A program made the position numbers and the translations under genes. The notes under the pieces are model-generated. The model made no database searches and was not told where the DNA came from. It saw only the letters and a list, made by a program, of their open reading frames with translations. From positions 17,392 through 81,391 of the forward strand of contig JAJCZV010000101.1 of the NCBI GenBank assembly GCA_029262175.1: a stretch of 64,000 nt of DNA. Reading direction: 5' to 3'. Positions 1 to 10,854 of this stretch are shown here, piece after piece. Each line of letters opens with the position of its first letter. Within the stretch, counting starts at the first letter, position 1. This DNA comes from Gemmatimonadota bacterium. GTDB lineage: Bacteria > Gemmatimonadota > Gemmatimonadetes > Palauibacterales > Palauibacteraceae.

Positions 1-242
1 GCTTCCTGTCCGATGAAGAGGCCGTCGAGGTGCTGGCACTCAACGATGCGCTGAGTCGTCTGGCGGAAGCCAATGAGCGCGGCGCCAAGGTCGTCGAGCA
101 CCGTTTCTTCGCCGGGCTGACGGTCGAGGAGACGGCCGCATTGCTCGGAGTTTCCGGAAAGACCGTTCAGCGCGACTGGGTGGTCGCGCGCGCTTGGCTC
201 CGAAAAGAGGTCGCACTCGAGCTCGGGGACGGGCCGGATTAG
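1..242 (+). CDS. ECF-type RNA polymerase sigma factor, C-terminal fragment (5' end lies outside the window)
   Basis: The frame is open from the window edge. The region-4 HTH (VVEHRFFAGLTVEETAALLGVSGKTVQRDWVVARAWLRKE) aligns with the C-terminus of the complete paralog at 21266..21916. A Ser/Thr kinase gene follows, as it does for that paralog. Confidence 0.8.
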   Translation, partial: FLSDEEAVEVLALNDALSRLAEANERGAKVVEHRFFAGLTVEETAALLGVSGKTVQRDWVVARAWLRKEVALELGDGPD

Positions 243-317
243 CGCGCCCCGGTGTCCGTTCTCCTCCCATCCGATCGCGATCTGTAGAGACACGCTACCT
301 CTTTGACGACGGACGGG

Positions 318-3038
318 ATGGACACCGAGCGCTGGCAGACCATTGAACGCCTGTTCTTCGAGGCGACGGAGCTGGAGGCGACCGAGCGCGACCGGTTCCT
401 CGTCCATGCGTGCGTGGACGATAAGGATTTGCTGATAGAACTACGCTCGATGCTCGATGCTACCGGCGAGGATCCACGGCTCAAGATCGAAGCGCGACTC
501 CACCTCGCGCAGGCAGCCGAGTCTGAAGCCGAGGGCGGGACCGATGCGCCGCTTCAAAGCACCATAGATCGCTACGAGCTCAAAGATCTCATCGGGCGCG
601 GGGGGATGGGAGAGGTATACCGTGCCGCGCGCTCCGATGGCGAGTTTCATCAGGAGGTCGCACTCAAGCTCGTCTCGGGTGCGGTCCCGGGACCGTCGGT
701 CATCCGTCGGTTCAAGGCCGAGCGCCAGATCCTCGCGCGTCTCGATCATCCCAACATCGCGCGGCTTGTAGATGGGGGGACGACGGAGGACGGACGTCCG
801 TATCTCGTCATGCAGCTCATCGACGGCGTCCCCATCACCGAGTACTGCGATCGTGAGGAGCTCGGGATTCGCGATCGGCTCGCGCTGTTTCGTACGGTCT
901 GCGAAGCCGTCCAGTACGCACACCAGAATCTGGTCATCCATCGTGATCTGAAGCCTTCGAACATCCTCGTTACCGCAGACGGGGAGGCAAGGCTGCTCGA
1001 CTTCGGGATCGCGAAGCTACTCGAGCCGGACGAAGACCTTACGTTCGCTCAGACCGGGACGGATTCGGTGCTCATGACCCCGGAGTCAGCGGCGCCCGAA
1101 CAGATCGCAGGTGAGGCGGTCACCACTGCGACGGACGTCTACGGTCTTGGTGTGCTCCTCTATCGGCTGCTTACGGGGCACCACCCGTTCGGAGAGACGA
1201 AGCCGACGGTTCCGGAGCTGCGAACCTGGATCCTCGAGGGGAGACGTATACGACCTAGCGCCGTCGCTTTGGACGCGAATGCGCGGCGAGCGATGCGCGG
1301 CGAAATCGACAACATCGTTCTCAAGACGCTGCGTAAAGACCCGCTGCGTCGATATGGATCGGCGGGCGAGCTCGGCGACGATATCTCGCGTTATCTGAAC
1401 CACGAGCCGGTACGCGCGGCACCCGACTCGGCGGCATATCGCGTCAAGAAGTTCGTTCGACGGCACCCCGTCGGAGTGACCACCGCGGCCACGATCGCCG
1501 GCTTGATCATCGGTTTCGCCCTGGTGACGGCGGACCAGTCGCGTCAGATCGAAGGCGAACGCGACCGCGCGGAGCAGATGGTTCAACTCCTGGTCAACTT
1601 GTTCGAAACCAGCGACCCGACGTTCGACGCGAACCAGGACACCATGCGCGTCTCTGCTTTTATCGAGAGCAGTCGGCAGCAGGTGGTCGACGATCTTGGC
1701 GACCAGCCGGATTTGCAGGTTCGCATGAAACACGTGCTCGGCCAGGTGTACGCCGCACGATCCCAATACCCCGAAGCTCGAGAGCTCTTTCAGAACGCGT
1801 TGGATCAACACCAAACCCTCGTCCAACGTCCGGACTCATTGGGCGCAGCCATCGCGTCGGACCTGGGCAGGATCAAGAGCCGACTCGAGGGTGCCGGCGC
1901 CGTTCCGTTTCTTCGCGAGTCGGTCGCGACCCACGAAGCGGTGCACGGTCCGCGTCACCCTCTGTACGCCTACGCTTTGGCGAGCCTGGCCGAGACGATC
2001 GAAGATCGGACGGAAGGCCGGGCACTTCTCACGCGCGCCGTCGAGATTCAGAGGGAGTCGCTTGACGGTCCGAGCGTCGAATTCGCCAACAGCCTAAATG
2101 CGCTCGGGGTCTTCGCCTATCTGGAAGGCGATTTCCAAGCGGCGGCGGACCGATGGACAGAATCGACTGCGGTGCTCGGTGTGCTACGACCGCCCGACAG
2201 CCCGGACATGATGACCCTGAGGAACAACACCGCTCAAGCCTATTTGCAACTTGGCGAGATCGGCCTCGCACTCGAGATGAATCAGGATCTGCTGGAACGG
2301 CGTCGTCGCGTTTTCGGAGACTCGTCGCTCCAGGTCGCCGCGACGCTCAACGGAATCGGCACGAACTACGCCTTTCTCCACGACTATCCGAGTGCGGAAG
2401 CATCATTTCGGGAAGCCGTGGCCGTCTTCACGGCCGCGCTGGATGGCGGCCCGCTCGCAGGCGCCGGAAACGAAGAGCAGGTCGCGGCAGCAGTCCGAAA
2501 CGTCGGGGTTGCCATACAGTTTCAGGGCCGTCCGTCGGACGCCCTCGACTGGCTAGACCGTGCGATCGCGCGTCAGAGCGGTTTCGGTGGAGAGGAGGGG
2601 GAGCCGGCGGTTCGGATGCGCGTTCAACGTGCCAACGTGCTCAACGACCTGAACGAACCAGGAGCCGCGCTCGATTCACTCCTCTTGCTGGCCAAACTCG
2701 CAACGGCCGCAGCTCCCGACGGCGGTTCACCCATCCTCGCCGAGACCCAGACTTGGCTCGGTCGTGCCCACTGGATGCTCGGTGCAGCCCAACCCGCTGA
2801 AGCCGCCTTCCGCTCGGCGCTAGAGTTCCGAGAACGGGTGATGGGGCCGGAGAGCGGCGTCGCGGCCGAGTCGCGGGCAGGCCTCGGGTTGGCACTGGTC
2901 CTCCGAGGGGACGAGGTCGAGGGAGGGTCGCTCTTGAACGACGCGATCGAGGGCTACCGCTCCTACGGACTGCTAGTGCCTGCGTTCCTAGCCGAAATCG
3001 AAGCCGGATTGACCACGCTCGACGAAGAAGCTCGCTGA
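318..3038 (+). CDS. Ser/Thr protein kinase with one TM segment and a C-terminal TPR-like repeat region
   Basis: Hanks kinase motifs are present: GRGGMGEVYRA, VALK, HRDLKPSNIL, DFGIAK. The TM segment is VTTAATIAGLIIGFALV, followed by a long helical-repeat C-terminus. I preferred ATG 318 (MDTERWQTIERLF) over TTG 303 because it aligns with the paralog N-terminus at 21933. Confidence 0.9.
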   Translation: MDTERWQTIERLFFEATELEATERDRFLVHACVDDKDLLIELRSMLDATGEDPRLKIEARLHLAQAAESEAEGGTDAPLQSTIDRYELKDLIGRGGMGEVYRAARSDGEFHQEVALKLVSGAVPGPSVIRRFKAERQILARLDHPNIARLVDGGTTEDGRPYLVMQLIDGVPITEYCDREELGIRDRLALFRTVCEAVQYAHQNLVIHRDLKPSNILVTADGEARLLDFGIAKLLEPDEDLTFAQTGTDSVLMTPESAAPEQIAGEAVTTATDVYGLGVLLYRLLTGHHPFGETKPTVPELRTWILEGRRIRPSAVALDANARRAMRGEIDNIVLKTLRKDPLRRYGSAGELGDDISRYLNHEPVRAAPDSAAYRVKKFVRRHPVGVTTAATIAGLIIGFALVTADQSRQIEGERDRAEQMVQLLVNLFETSDPTFDANQDTMRVSAFIESSRQQVVDDLGDQPDLQVRMKHVLGQVYAARSQYPEARELFQNALDQHQTLVQRPDSLGAAIASDLGRIKSRLEGAGAVPFLRESVATHEAVHGPRHPLYAYALASLAETIEDRTEGRALLTRAVEIQRESLDGPSVEFANSLNALGVFAYLEGDFQAAADRWTESTAVLGVLRPPDSPDMMTLRNNTAQAYLQLGEIGLALEMNQDLLERRRRVFGDSSLQVAATLNGIGTNYAFLHDYPSAEASFREAVAVFTAALDGGPLAGAGNEEQVAAAVRNVGVAIQFQGRPSDALDWLDRAIARQSGFGGEEGEPAVRMRVQRANVLNDLNEPGAALDSLLLLAKLATAAAPDGGSPILAETQTWLGRAHWMLGAAQPAEAAFRSALEFRERVMGPESGVAAESRAGLGLALVLRGDEVEGGSLLNDAIEGYRSYGLLVPAFLAEIEAGLTTLDEEAR

Positions 3039-3388
3039 TCCAAGCGGACGACTCTTCGTGTCCTGAGAAGTCGGCCAGGTCGATCCGGTAGGGCTCCCCC
3101 TCAATGTCCCGAAACTTGACCTCGCATCGCGATCTGTTTGAAAGCGTCGGCAACGCCAACTAGGGAGCTCTGTCTGCGCGGCGATTGGTGGGTGCCGGCG
3201 GGTCGGTTCGAGATCACTCGAGACACGACGCTTTACGCTCCCGCTGCGTCGCGCCGGTAGCTGACGTCCAGCCCGTCGACGCCAGAACCGCGACAGCCGG
3301 TGGTGCCCTTCCCTGCTCCGGTCGATGGGGCGCGGGAGGGCTTCACGCTCAGTGCACGACGTTGCGAAACCCGAATCGGAGGTTACAG

Positions 3389-4438
3389 ATGCCAACAATC
3401 GAACGCCTATTCCGTCACCTGCGCCTTCTCGGTGTCTCGGCCGTACTCGGATTTGTTGTCGCCGCACCGTCTCATGGCCAGAACTGCTCCAGCCTGATCG
3501 ATGACTTCGACCAGTTTCGCAATTCGGTCGAAGGAGATCTCGACGCAGTATGGTCGGCACGGCTGGCAGACATGGCACTCTGGGGGAACGCGCTCACAGA
3601 GGAAACCCTCCTCCAGGGCCTTGCACTCATTCACCGTTGGGAGGAGGCTCACGAGTCGTGGTGGCGCAATGCGGCCAACATCGGTCCGCAACTGATGAAT
3701 TTCGATGGCGTGGTAACCGGCGATCTGAGGGTCGCTGGAGTTGCAGGCGATCGGATGTGGATGACCTACCCCAGCCTCCGCGAGAAGGACGTCAGAATTA
3801 CCGTTCGAAAGACCGGCGGCCAGGCCAACACCACAGTCGTGATCTGCCGGTGGGGCAAGGACGGAAACCCGCAGTTGGTCGGAAGGAAGATCGAGCCGAA
3901 CGGCAAGCATACCGGTCGAGTGCTGCGCGAAACCGTGAGTAACCTCGAAACCGAATACATCACCGTCCATTTTGACAACCACTCGGCGGTGAATCAGTTC
4001 GAGTATCGGGTTAGAATGGAAGTACTCGACGAGTATGAAGATGCCGATGAGAGCCAGCCGCAGGGCTTCTCCGTCACGACCGTCAGTGACCTCCCGAACG
4101 ACGTCGAGGTTACGTGGGGACCCTACTTCTGGATGGATATCTTCCCATCCAACTCGGATGGGACCGGAACGCCACTCGCCACTACAACAGTGGTCGTCGC
4201 GACATGGACGAGCGCGGGCTCGACTCTGTCCGAGAAGCTGTTCATCGAGGAGGTGGATCCGATGGTGGGACTGATGTTTCGGCCCACCATCGAGCGGCGC
4301 CGGAACCGGATCCGGACCACCGGGGTCGACCCGGGAGCGATCACGCTCGACAGACAAGGGAGCCTTTGGTTGGGGACGTTGAAGGGCTCGGACGGAACGA
4401 CCTATCGGGTCAAACTCCGATCACGTCCGGCACCCTAA
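3389..4438 (+). CDS. hypothetical secreted protein
   Basis: ATG 3389 is preceded by GGAGG (3378-3382). The N-terminus has a signal-peptide-like sequence, LRLLGVSAVLGFVVAAPSHGQ. The longer ORF start at 3185 only adds an Arg/Ala-rich extension. I recognised no family motif. Confidence 0.6.
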   Translation: MPTIERLFRHLRLLGVSAVLGFVVAAPSHGQNCSSLIDDFDQFRNSVEGDLDAVWSARLADMALWGNALTEETLLQGLALIHRWEEAHESWWRNAANIGPQLMNFDGVVTGDLRVAGVAGDRMWMTYPSLREKDVRITVRKTGGQANTTVVICRWGKDGNPQLVGRKIEPNGKHTGRVLRETVSNLETEYITVHFDNHSAVNQFEYRVRMEVLDEYEDADESQPQGFSVTTVSDLPNDVEVTWGPYFWMDIFPSNSDGTGTPLATTTVVVATWTSAGSTLSEKLFIEEVDPMVGLMFRPTIERRRNRIRTTGVDPGAITLDRQGSLWLGTLKGSDGTTYRVKLRSRPAP

Positions 4439-4699
4439 TGATCACTGTGCCGCGACGTCAACCAGACTTCTCAGCTCCCTTCCCTCTGCATGATTCGAAA
4501 TCACCCGAAGCGAGTTTTCGCCGTTTTTGACATCCGCTGAACGAAGCTGACGAAGGGATCTTCAGGAGTGGAAGGGGACTGTGTTCGGACTCGGCAGCCG
4601 ACTCGTGAAGGACGTGCTAGACGGCCTCCACCAAACGTTGGAGGACAGCGAAGTCGAAGTTGCAAAATGTGAGACACGGTAAAAGGGTGACTGCGGCGT

Positions 4700-6622
4700 T
4701 TAGCGCGACGACGAATCGCCCACCAGGGCCTGGAACCGTGGATCCGCCCGAATGGCATCGAAGGCCGGATCGACTCGCAACCAGTCCGGCGTAAGCCAAG
4801 AGTGGCCGCTCAACATCGGCTCGAGCTGGCGCACGGTCCGGTCGACATCACCGATCATGGCCGTGAGTTGAGCGTAGAGAATCGCGTTCACTGCGCCAGG
4901 ATAGTAGTCCCAGTAGGCGTTGTAGAGGGCGATACTGCTGTCCGCCTGGGCGAGCGCTGCCTCCGGCTCCCCGAGAAGAAAGTGTGCGTAGGCCAGCTTC
5001 ATGTGAAGCCGTTCGTCGTCCGATCGACTCACGACCTGCGCGCGAAGTGACGAACGGGCGGAGTCGGCACGCGCAGTGGCGCTTGCCGCATCGCCTCGGC
5101 GCCATTCCTCGAGGGCGCAGAAGACCTGCCGATCCTCGGTCGTCGAGGGATAGCCGCCTCGCGGTTCGCGGTTACAGGTACGTGCGAGGAGCGAGTCCTC
5201 GATCAACCACGACTGCTTCGCGTTGTGGTTCATGAACGCGGCGGCTCGGGTGCGGGCGGTGGAATCCGGTATCGTCGATAGAAATGCGCGAGCCGAATCC
5301 GCCAGCCCCAAGGCCGCGAGAATCAGCGGCCCATCGGTCAGTATGAAGTCCGCGCGGGTCCGTGAACGCGCCTCCAGATGACGTTCGTATGCCTCATCCA
5401 GCTCGTGTCGGGAAAGCTGGATTCGAGACACGCGCGAGACCGCCGACGCGTTGAACGGATCCAGCGCGGCGCCCCGACGCGCTTCCGCGAGCGCGGCATC
5501 GCTCTGGTCGAGATTCCAGAGTGCCGTGGCGCGCATGTGCAGGATCGTGACGTCGCCCGGCGCCAGCTCCTTCGCCCGGGTGAAGTAGACGAGGGACGAG
5601 TCGTGGTCGCGGCCAAGCGACCGATGGTAGCGACCCATCGCCTCGTGCCCCTGGGCATACTCCGGTCGGTGCCGAACGGCCGCCCTGGCCAACTCTCCGG
5701 CGAGCACACCGGACGCAAGATCGTGAGTCCCTTCGTACCGGGTGATCGCCGACGACGACAGGAGAGCTAGCGCCGGCGCGAACGTGGAGTCGAGGGCCAG
5801 AACGTCCTGAAGCCCGGACCGGCGCTCCGCCCCGCTCCTCGATCGCAGCGCCCGCAGATAGGCCTCGTATGCCGCCGGATTGGTAGCCGGGTCCTCCAGC
5901 CGCGCTCTCGAGGCCGCCCCAATCGTGACGTCGAGCGCCTGCGCAACGTCGGCTGCGATCACTCCCTCCAGCGAAGACAATGCCTCGGTCTCCACGACCA
6001 ATGGTTCCCGCCAGAAATCGAACTGTGTCCCGTCGGCGCTGTAGAGCTCCGGGCGTACGGTGGTGGCCCCGCCCGCAGAACTCCGCTCGACCACGCCGAG
6101 CAGCAGGTAGTCCACGCCCCAGCGCTCGGCGATCGCGGGAATCGCCAATCCGTCCACGAGATCGTTTTGCGTAGATGTCGCTCCGAAGACCTCGAGTCCA
6201 TCGATCACGCCGAGCCGATTGCGCACCGTACTCGTGAGGCCAGGAGCAATCTCCTGGCCCTCCTCCCCGAGCCCCCGAAATGGAAGCACCGCGACGATCG
6301 GGGTGGAGCCCGATCTCAGATCGGGTATCTCCGAGGGAAGGAAGAAGAGGGCGCCGACGCCCACCGCCCCGAGTGCCGCCAGCAAGGCGATCTCGACCCA
6401 TCGAGTCCTCTGGCGCCCCTCCTCTCCGTGGAACCAAACGAGGATGAGGGTCAGAAAGAAGCCGAGGATCAGGAGAAAATCGAAGACCCGCGCCGCCCCA
6501 TCGGCGACGCCCCACCGGTCCCGACCGATCTCGAGTGCCTGCCAGATCAAACCGGCGCCCGCGATGTACGCGAGGGCCCACTGGACCAGCCTCTTCTGCT
6601 TCAGGTCGTCTAGAAACGCCAT
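4700..6622 (-). CDS. membrane-anchored TPR-repeat protein with a TolB-N-like module
   Basis: There are two N-terminal hydrophobic segments. The IVAVLPFRGLGEE...LTSTVRNRL pattern is typical of TolB-N-like modules. TPR-like repeats fill the C-terminal half. Confidence 0.75.
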   Translation of the reverse strand: MAFLDDLKQKRLVQWALAYIAGAGLIWQALEIGRDRWGVADGAARVFDFLLILGFFLTLILVWFHGEEGRQRTRWVEIALLAALGAVGVGALFFLPSEIPDLRSGSTPIVAVLPFRGLGEEGQEIAPGLTSTVRNRLGVIDGLEVFGATSTQNDLVDGLAIPAIAERWGVDYLLLGVVERSSAGGATTVRPELYSADGTQFDFWREPLVVETEALSSLEGVIAADVAQALDVTIGAASRARLEDPATNPAAYEAYLRALRSRSGAERRSGLQDVLALDSTFAPALALLSSSAITRYEGTHDLASGVLAGELARAAVRHRPEYAQGHEAMGRYHRSLGRDHDSSLVYFTRAKELAPGDVTILHMRATALWNLDQSDAALAEARRGAALDPFNASAVSRVSRIQLSRHELDEAYERHLEARSRTRADFILTDGPLILAALGLADSARAFLSTIPDSTARTRAAAFMNHNAKQSWLIEDSLLARTCNREPRGGYPSTTEDRQVFCALEEWRRGDAASATARADSARSSLRAQVVSRSDDERLHMKLAYAHFLLGEPEAALAQADSSIALYNAYWDYYPGAVNAILYAQLTAMIGDVDRTVRQLEPMLSGHSWLTPDWLRVDPAFDAIRADPRFQALVGDSSSR

Positions 6623-6717
6623 CGCCCTCTCTCCGGCAGATTGCTCTGCTCATGCTAGCCTGCCCTGCGGCGGCGCACGAGTCGATCTACCGATCCTCCC
6701 TCAGGGTTCAGGCATCG

Positions 6718-8628
6718 TCATTTCGTGACACGGATCCAAACGAGACCGTCGACCTCCATGATGCCCTCCACCCTGCCGATTACCAAGCGAGTTGCTCGAT
6801 CCACAACGGCTACTGCGTTCTCTCTGGGGAGGCTGACGTACACGTGCCGAGAGCGGGGGTCCGATAGCACTCGGAGTGGACCCGTCTCGAACGTCACTCG
6901 GGCGACCTGCTCCCCCTGAGGCAATTCGAACACGTCGATCGATCGAGGCCCCATCTGTGCGACCCACGCCTCGCCGCGATCCTCGTCCAGACTAACGGAG
7001 ATCGGGAAGACGCCACCCGTGGGGAAACTCATCGCGGGGGCAGCGCTCCCCGGTGTGATGCGTGTCGCCGTCTGATCACCCGACGCCAGCACCCAAACAC
7101 GGCCTTCGGCGTCGGCCGCGAGTCCCTCCGATCCCTGCCCAGTCTCGAGCGTGACAACCTCGCCGCTGTGCCGGTCCACCACGCTGACATTCCCTGGCGC
7201 TACATTTGCGACCACGAGGAAGCGATCGTTCTTAGTCGCAACGAGGCGGTGAGCCCCCGTCTGGCCCGTTTCCCAGCGGCGGGTCACCTGATGAGAAACC
7301 ACATCGACCTCCAAGACGACCCCTTCTTCTTCGCATGTCGTCCAGACGAGGGTCCCGTCCGTACTCCCCAGCACGCCATGGGATCGACGGCAGTTCGGCA
7401 GCGGAATGTCGACGCGTTGCGCCGTCCCGACCACGTCGAGAATCGTGAGTGTGTTGCCCGCGGGCACGTTCACGAATCCAGGGTGCGCGACGACGGGCTC
7501 CGCGTGGGGGGTGGGAAACGATCCGTAGTTGGCAACGACGACTCGCCCACCTCCGAGGTCTGCGACTTCGTGCGGTCCCTGCCCCGTCTCGAGACGACGC
7601 ACGACGCGCAGAGTCTGCGGATCGATGACCGCGACGTGGTGGTCCGACCGGCTCACCGCGACGAGAAAATCTAGTGGCTCCTGCGCCGCGGCAGTGACCA
7701 GAGGAGCGAGTTCTGCGGCGAAGATGTCGGTGTGGTCGCCACCCGTTGGACCGGAGCTCGCATAGTAGAGGGTAGCACCATCCGGAGAGAGCTTCGGCAT
7801 GAGGTCGCTGCCGGTCGTATTCAAGGCGGAAAGAGGCACCGGTGGCCTCCACCCTTCGCCATCTCTGAGCGACAGATACAGGTCACCGGGTATCGATCGA
7901 TTCAAGGCTCGACCCGAAGCCTCGAACACGAGGAGGCTCTCGTCCGGCGAGACCACCAGATTCCACTCTCCGAACGGGCTGTTGACGACGGGTCCCAGTG
8001 ACTCGGGCGTTGCGAACCCTCTGGTCGTGGGGCGTGCCAAATACAGATCACCCTGCCCGATTCCGCCCGTCCGATTCGATGCGAAGTACAGGGTGCCGGA
8101 CGCCGCGAGGACTGGGCTGAACTCGTCGTCCGTCGAGTTCACGTGGGCAACCGCGCGCAACCGAGGTTCTGCGGTGTCGGCGAGCTGATACTCCCAAATG
8201 TCGCGACCCCCTCCGCTCCCGTCAGGCGAGGGTCGCGTAGACACGAACAACAAGGCGTCGCCATCGGGCGAAAGGGACGCGTCGGAGTCGTCGAAGTCGC
8301 CAGAGAAGGGCAACGGCTCGGGAGCACCCCACCCCATACCGTCGTGATGAGAGACGTAGATGTGCGAACGGTTTCCCGAGTCGCCCCACCTTCCGCTGCT
8401 TCGCGTGAAGTAGAGGGTTCGACCGTCCGCGCTGACCGACGCGTTGTGCTCGATGGCGTCCGTGGAAATGATCCCAGGGCCTACCACCACCGGTGCGTCG
8501 GCGGGTCCGACGCGGATAGGCTCAGAGCTTTGGCCCCCCGGGAGCTGGGGATCCCGCGGGGCACAGCCGACCGAGATCGTGACCCAGAGCGCCGCCAATG
8601 CTCGACTACCCGCTCTCGACATTTGCAT
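6718..8628 (-). CDS. secreted lipoprotein with PD40 (TolB-like) repeats fused to a YVTN-type beta-propeller
   Basis: The lipobox-like N-terminus is LAALWVTISVGC. PD40-like repeats recur (LSPDGDALLFVSTR, SPDESLLVFEA, LSPDGATLYYASS). C-terminal YVTN-like repeats are present (VVVANYGS, FLVVANVAPGNVSVVD, VYVSLPRENAVAVVD). Confidence 0.8.
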   Translation of the reverse strand: MQMSRAGSRALAALWVTISVGCAPRDPQLPGGQSSEPIRVGPADAPVVVGPGIISTDAIEHNASVSADGRTLYFTRSSGRWGDSGNRSHIYVSHHDGMGWGAPEPLPFSGDFDDSDASLSPDGDALLFVSTRPSPDGSGGGRDIWEYQLADTAEPRLRAVAHVNSTDDEFSPVLAASGTLYFASNRTGGIGQGDLYLARPTTRGFATPESLGPVVNSPFGEWNLVVSPDESLLVFEASGRALNRSIPGDLYLSLRDGEGWRPPVPLSALNTTGSDLMPKLSPDGATLYYASSGPTGGDHTDIFAAELAPLVTAAAQEPLDFLVAVSRSDHHVAVIDPQTLRVVRRLETGQGPHEVADLGGGRVVVANYGSFPTPHAEPVVAHPGFVNVPAGNTLTILDVVGTAQRVDIPLPNCRRSHGVLGSTDGTLVWTTCEEEGVVLEVDVVSHQVTRRWETGQTGAHRLVATKNDRFLVVANVAPGNVSVVDRHSGEVVTLETGQGSEGLAADAEGRVWVLASGDQTATRITPGSAAPAMSFPTGGVFPISVSLDEDRGEAWVAQMGPRSIDVFELPQGEQVARVTFETGPLRVLSDPRSRHVYVSLPRENAVAVVDRATRLVIGRVEGIMEVDGLVWIRVTK

Positions 8629-8792
8629 GGCCTTCGGTCACGGGGATGGGAGTGATTTGTCATCCGGGAGCGCAAGAATGGGAATGCCAAAAACTAGTAA
8701 AGACGCGATCGGTACGGTATTGGTTTGACAGATCTCTGACGTTTCCTTTGCCTCGACCGGGCAGCTTCCTGTCGCTCAGGGCTCCACGAGCG

Positions 8793-10850
8793 TCAGGCTG
8801 CGCCTTGCCGCGTGCCGGACTGCTCCTCGGCTGCCAGTACACGTTCGAACGCCGCGACCACATCCGGATCGAACGCGGTCCCGCTGTCGGCCACGATGAT
8901 GCTCGCCACCCGGGCGAGGGGCATGGCGTCTCGATACGGGCGCGCCGACCGCAACGCATCGTAGACGTCCGCGACTGCGGCGACGCGGGCGAGGAAGGGG
9001 ATGTCGTCACCGGCCAGACCGTCCGGGTACCCGCCACCGTCGAACCGCTCGTGGTGGTGCCGGACGATCGGCACGATGTCCCGAAAGCGTGTGATCGGTT
9101 CGAGGATAGCCGCGCCGATCGTCGTGTGGGCGCGCATGAGATCAAACTCCTCATCGGTGAGCGGCCCAGGCTTGTCCAAGATCGCCCCTGGTACACCGAT
9201 CTTGCCGACGTCGTGCACGAGCGCACCCCGCCGCAGATGGTCCAGGTGTTCCTCGGAGAGTCCCAGCTCTCGTCCGAGGCGGAGCGCCATGGTCGTCACG
9301 CGCTCGGAATGACCGGCCGTCCAGGTCGACTTCGCGTCGATCGCGCGAGCGAAGGCGCCGATCGTTTCGACGTTGAGTCGTTCCAACTCGGCCACGAGTG
9401 CGGCGTTCGAAAGAGCCACGGCCAGTCGGTCCGCAAGCTGCGCGACGTGCTTCGTATCGTCTTCGCCGAGGGTGAGGGCCGCGCTGCCTACGAGCAGTCC
9501 GATGGGGCGGTTTCCATCGACGCGGACGGGTACGAGCCACCAGCTGTAGTCTTCGTCGAGCGAGACCTCGAGCTCGGGTGGCACGCCCCGTATTCCGCCG
9601 GGCGCCTCGCACGCGACGCGGATCTCGGCGGTGCCCGCGCGCGACAACGCGATCCGCTGGTCCTCGTCGAGGCGGCGCAGGCGCACGACGCCGGTCTCGT
9701 CGAGCTCGAGAACGGCGATCTCGCCTCCCGGCAGGGTCTCCCGCCCGCGCTCGAGGACCGTGCGGACGATCGCCTCGGAGTCGAGCTCCCCGAGGATCGC
9801 TCGGTCGATTTCGCTCGCCGTCGTCAGCACGCCGAACTGACGCCCGAGCTGTTGGGCCATCGTGTTGAACGCCGCGCCGAGGGACTCGAACTCGTCACCG
9901 CTCTCGATCACGACACGGCTGTCGAACTCACGCTCGGAGATTCTTCGTGTCCCCTCTTTCAGCGCAGCGAGGGGCTCGAGGTTTCGGCGGATCTGGACCT
10001 GGCTTAGAAACGGTACAACGAGGAGCGAGAGGACGGCAGCCAGGAGGAACATCCGCTCGAAGTCGTGGACGCCTCCGTACGCCGAGCGCGCAGAATCGCT
10101 CAGAACGATCTCCCAGTTCGGCGCCCGAAACGAGTGGCCGAGAAAGACCGTGTTTCGAGCGGCGATCCGCGTACCGCGCTCGTCGACCCACCGCAGCGAT
10201 CGATCGCCGGAAAGTGATTCGGACCCGCCGGCGTGCGAGCGCACTGCGTCCCGCGCCGCGTCGGGGCAGAGCCACGCTGTCGCGGCACCTAGAGCACACG
10301 CCTCCAGACCTGCGGGCAACGTGGAACGCGGTGCACCCGGATCCCAGGGATGGATTTCACCTCTCACGTATGCAGGGTCGAGAACGACCCACACTCCGCG
10401 CTCGCCGTCAGGCCCGACGCGGAGGATCAGCGTCTCGTCGTCGACGATCCGGAGTAGCGGGGCGCCCGACCTGAGGTGGGCGAGGTCCCCCGGATCGTCG
10501 ATGGCCGGGAACCGCCTGCCGTCGACCTGCGTGGCGGGAGGTGAACGCACGTCATCGAGCCACGCGACGTGTTCGATCCATCGCGGAATAGGCGCGCGCG
10601 GGTCCGGGGCGTCGGCGCTCTGGACGAAACGAGCCGCCTCCGAGGAGCCGGCCCGGAGTCGGAACACCAAAGCCTGCGACGTCTCCTTGGCGAGAAGGCG
10701 TAGTCGCTCGTGCGTCTGCTCGGTCAGCTGCCCCCGAGCGGTGAAGACCGCGATGCCGGAGAAAAGCGCGATCGGGACCAGCGCGCACAAGAAGAAGAGG
10801 AGTGCGATCCGGCGACCGACGGTGGCGCGAAGAAACCCGGTGACGCGCAT
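8793..10850 (-). CDS. membrane sensor HAMP - HD-GYP domain protein (putative c-di-GMP phosphodiesterase)
   Basis: ATG 10850 gives MRVTGFLRATVGRRIALLFFLCALVPIALF, a TM segment. The HAMP region includes GDEFESLGAAFNTMAQQL. The HD-GYP signature reads HSERV...LVHDVGKIGVP...HHERFDGGGYPDGL. The start lies 4 nt after the stop of the upstream pseudopilin gene. Confidence 0.85.
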   Translation of the reverse strand: MRVTGFLRATVGRRIALLFFLCALVPIALFSGIAVFTARGQLTEQTHERLRLLAKETSQALVFRLRAGSSEAARFVQSADAPDPRAPIPRWIEHVAWLDDVRSPPATQVDGRRFPAIDDPGDLAHLRSGAPLLRIVDDETLILRVGPDGERGVWVVLDPAYVRGEIHPWDPGAPRSTLPAGLEACALGAATAWLCPDAARDAVRSHAGGSESLSGDRSLRWVDERGTRIAARNTVFLGHSFRAPNWEIVLSDSARSAYGGVHDFERMFLLAAVLSLLVVPFLSQVQIRRNLEPLAALKEGTRRISEREFDSRVVIESGDEFESLGAAFNTMAQQLGRQFGVLTTASEIDRAILGELDSEAIVRTVLERGRETLPGGEIAVLELDETGVVRLRRLDEDQRIALSRAGTAEIRVACEAPGGIRGVPPELEVSLDEDYSWWLVPVRVDGNRPIGLLVGSAALTLGEDDTKHVAQLADRLAVALSNAALVAELERLNVETIGAFARAIDAKSTWTAGHSERVTTMALRLGRELGLSEEHLDHLRRGALVHDVGKIGVPGAILDKPGPLTDEEFDLMRAHTTIGAAILEPITRFRDIVPIVRHHHERFDGGGYPDGLAGDDIPFLARVAAVADVYDALRSARPYRDAMPLARVASIIVADSGTAFDPDVVAAFERVLAAEEQSGTRQGAA

Positions 10851-10854
10851 CGCC

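Noticed and set aside
4625-4644. A short hairpin CCTCCA-N8-TGGAGG between convergent genes, considered as a bidirectional terminator.
   Set aside because: The stem is only 6 bp, there is no U-tract, and its predicted stability is low. This is not enough to call it.
5394-6653. Long alternative-frame and antisense ORFs overlapping real genes. Examples: 5394..6653 (-), 8598..10007 (+), 9862..11409 (+), 12355..13329 (+), 16695..17546 (+), 22176..23267 (-), 56300..57436 (-), 60549..61838 (-).
   Set aside because: Their translations are Arg/Pro/Gly/Ser-rich and low in complexity, with no motifs. Each overlaps a frame that carries clear family signatures. This is typical of stop-codon-poor off-frames in high-GC DNA.
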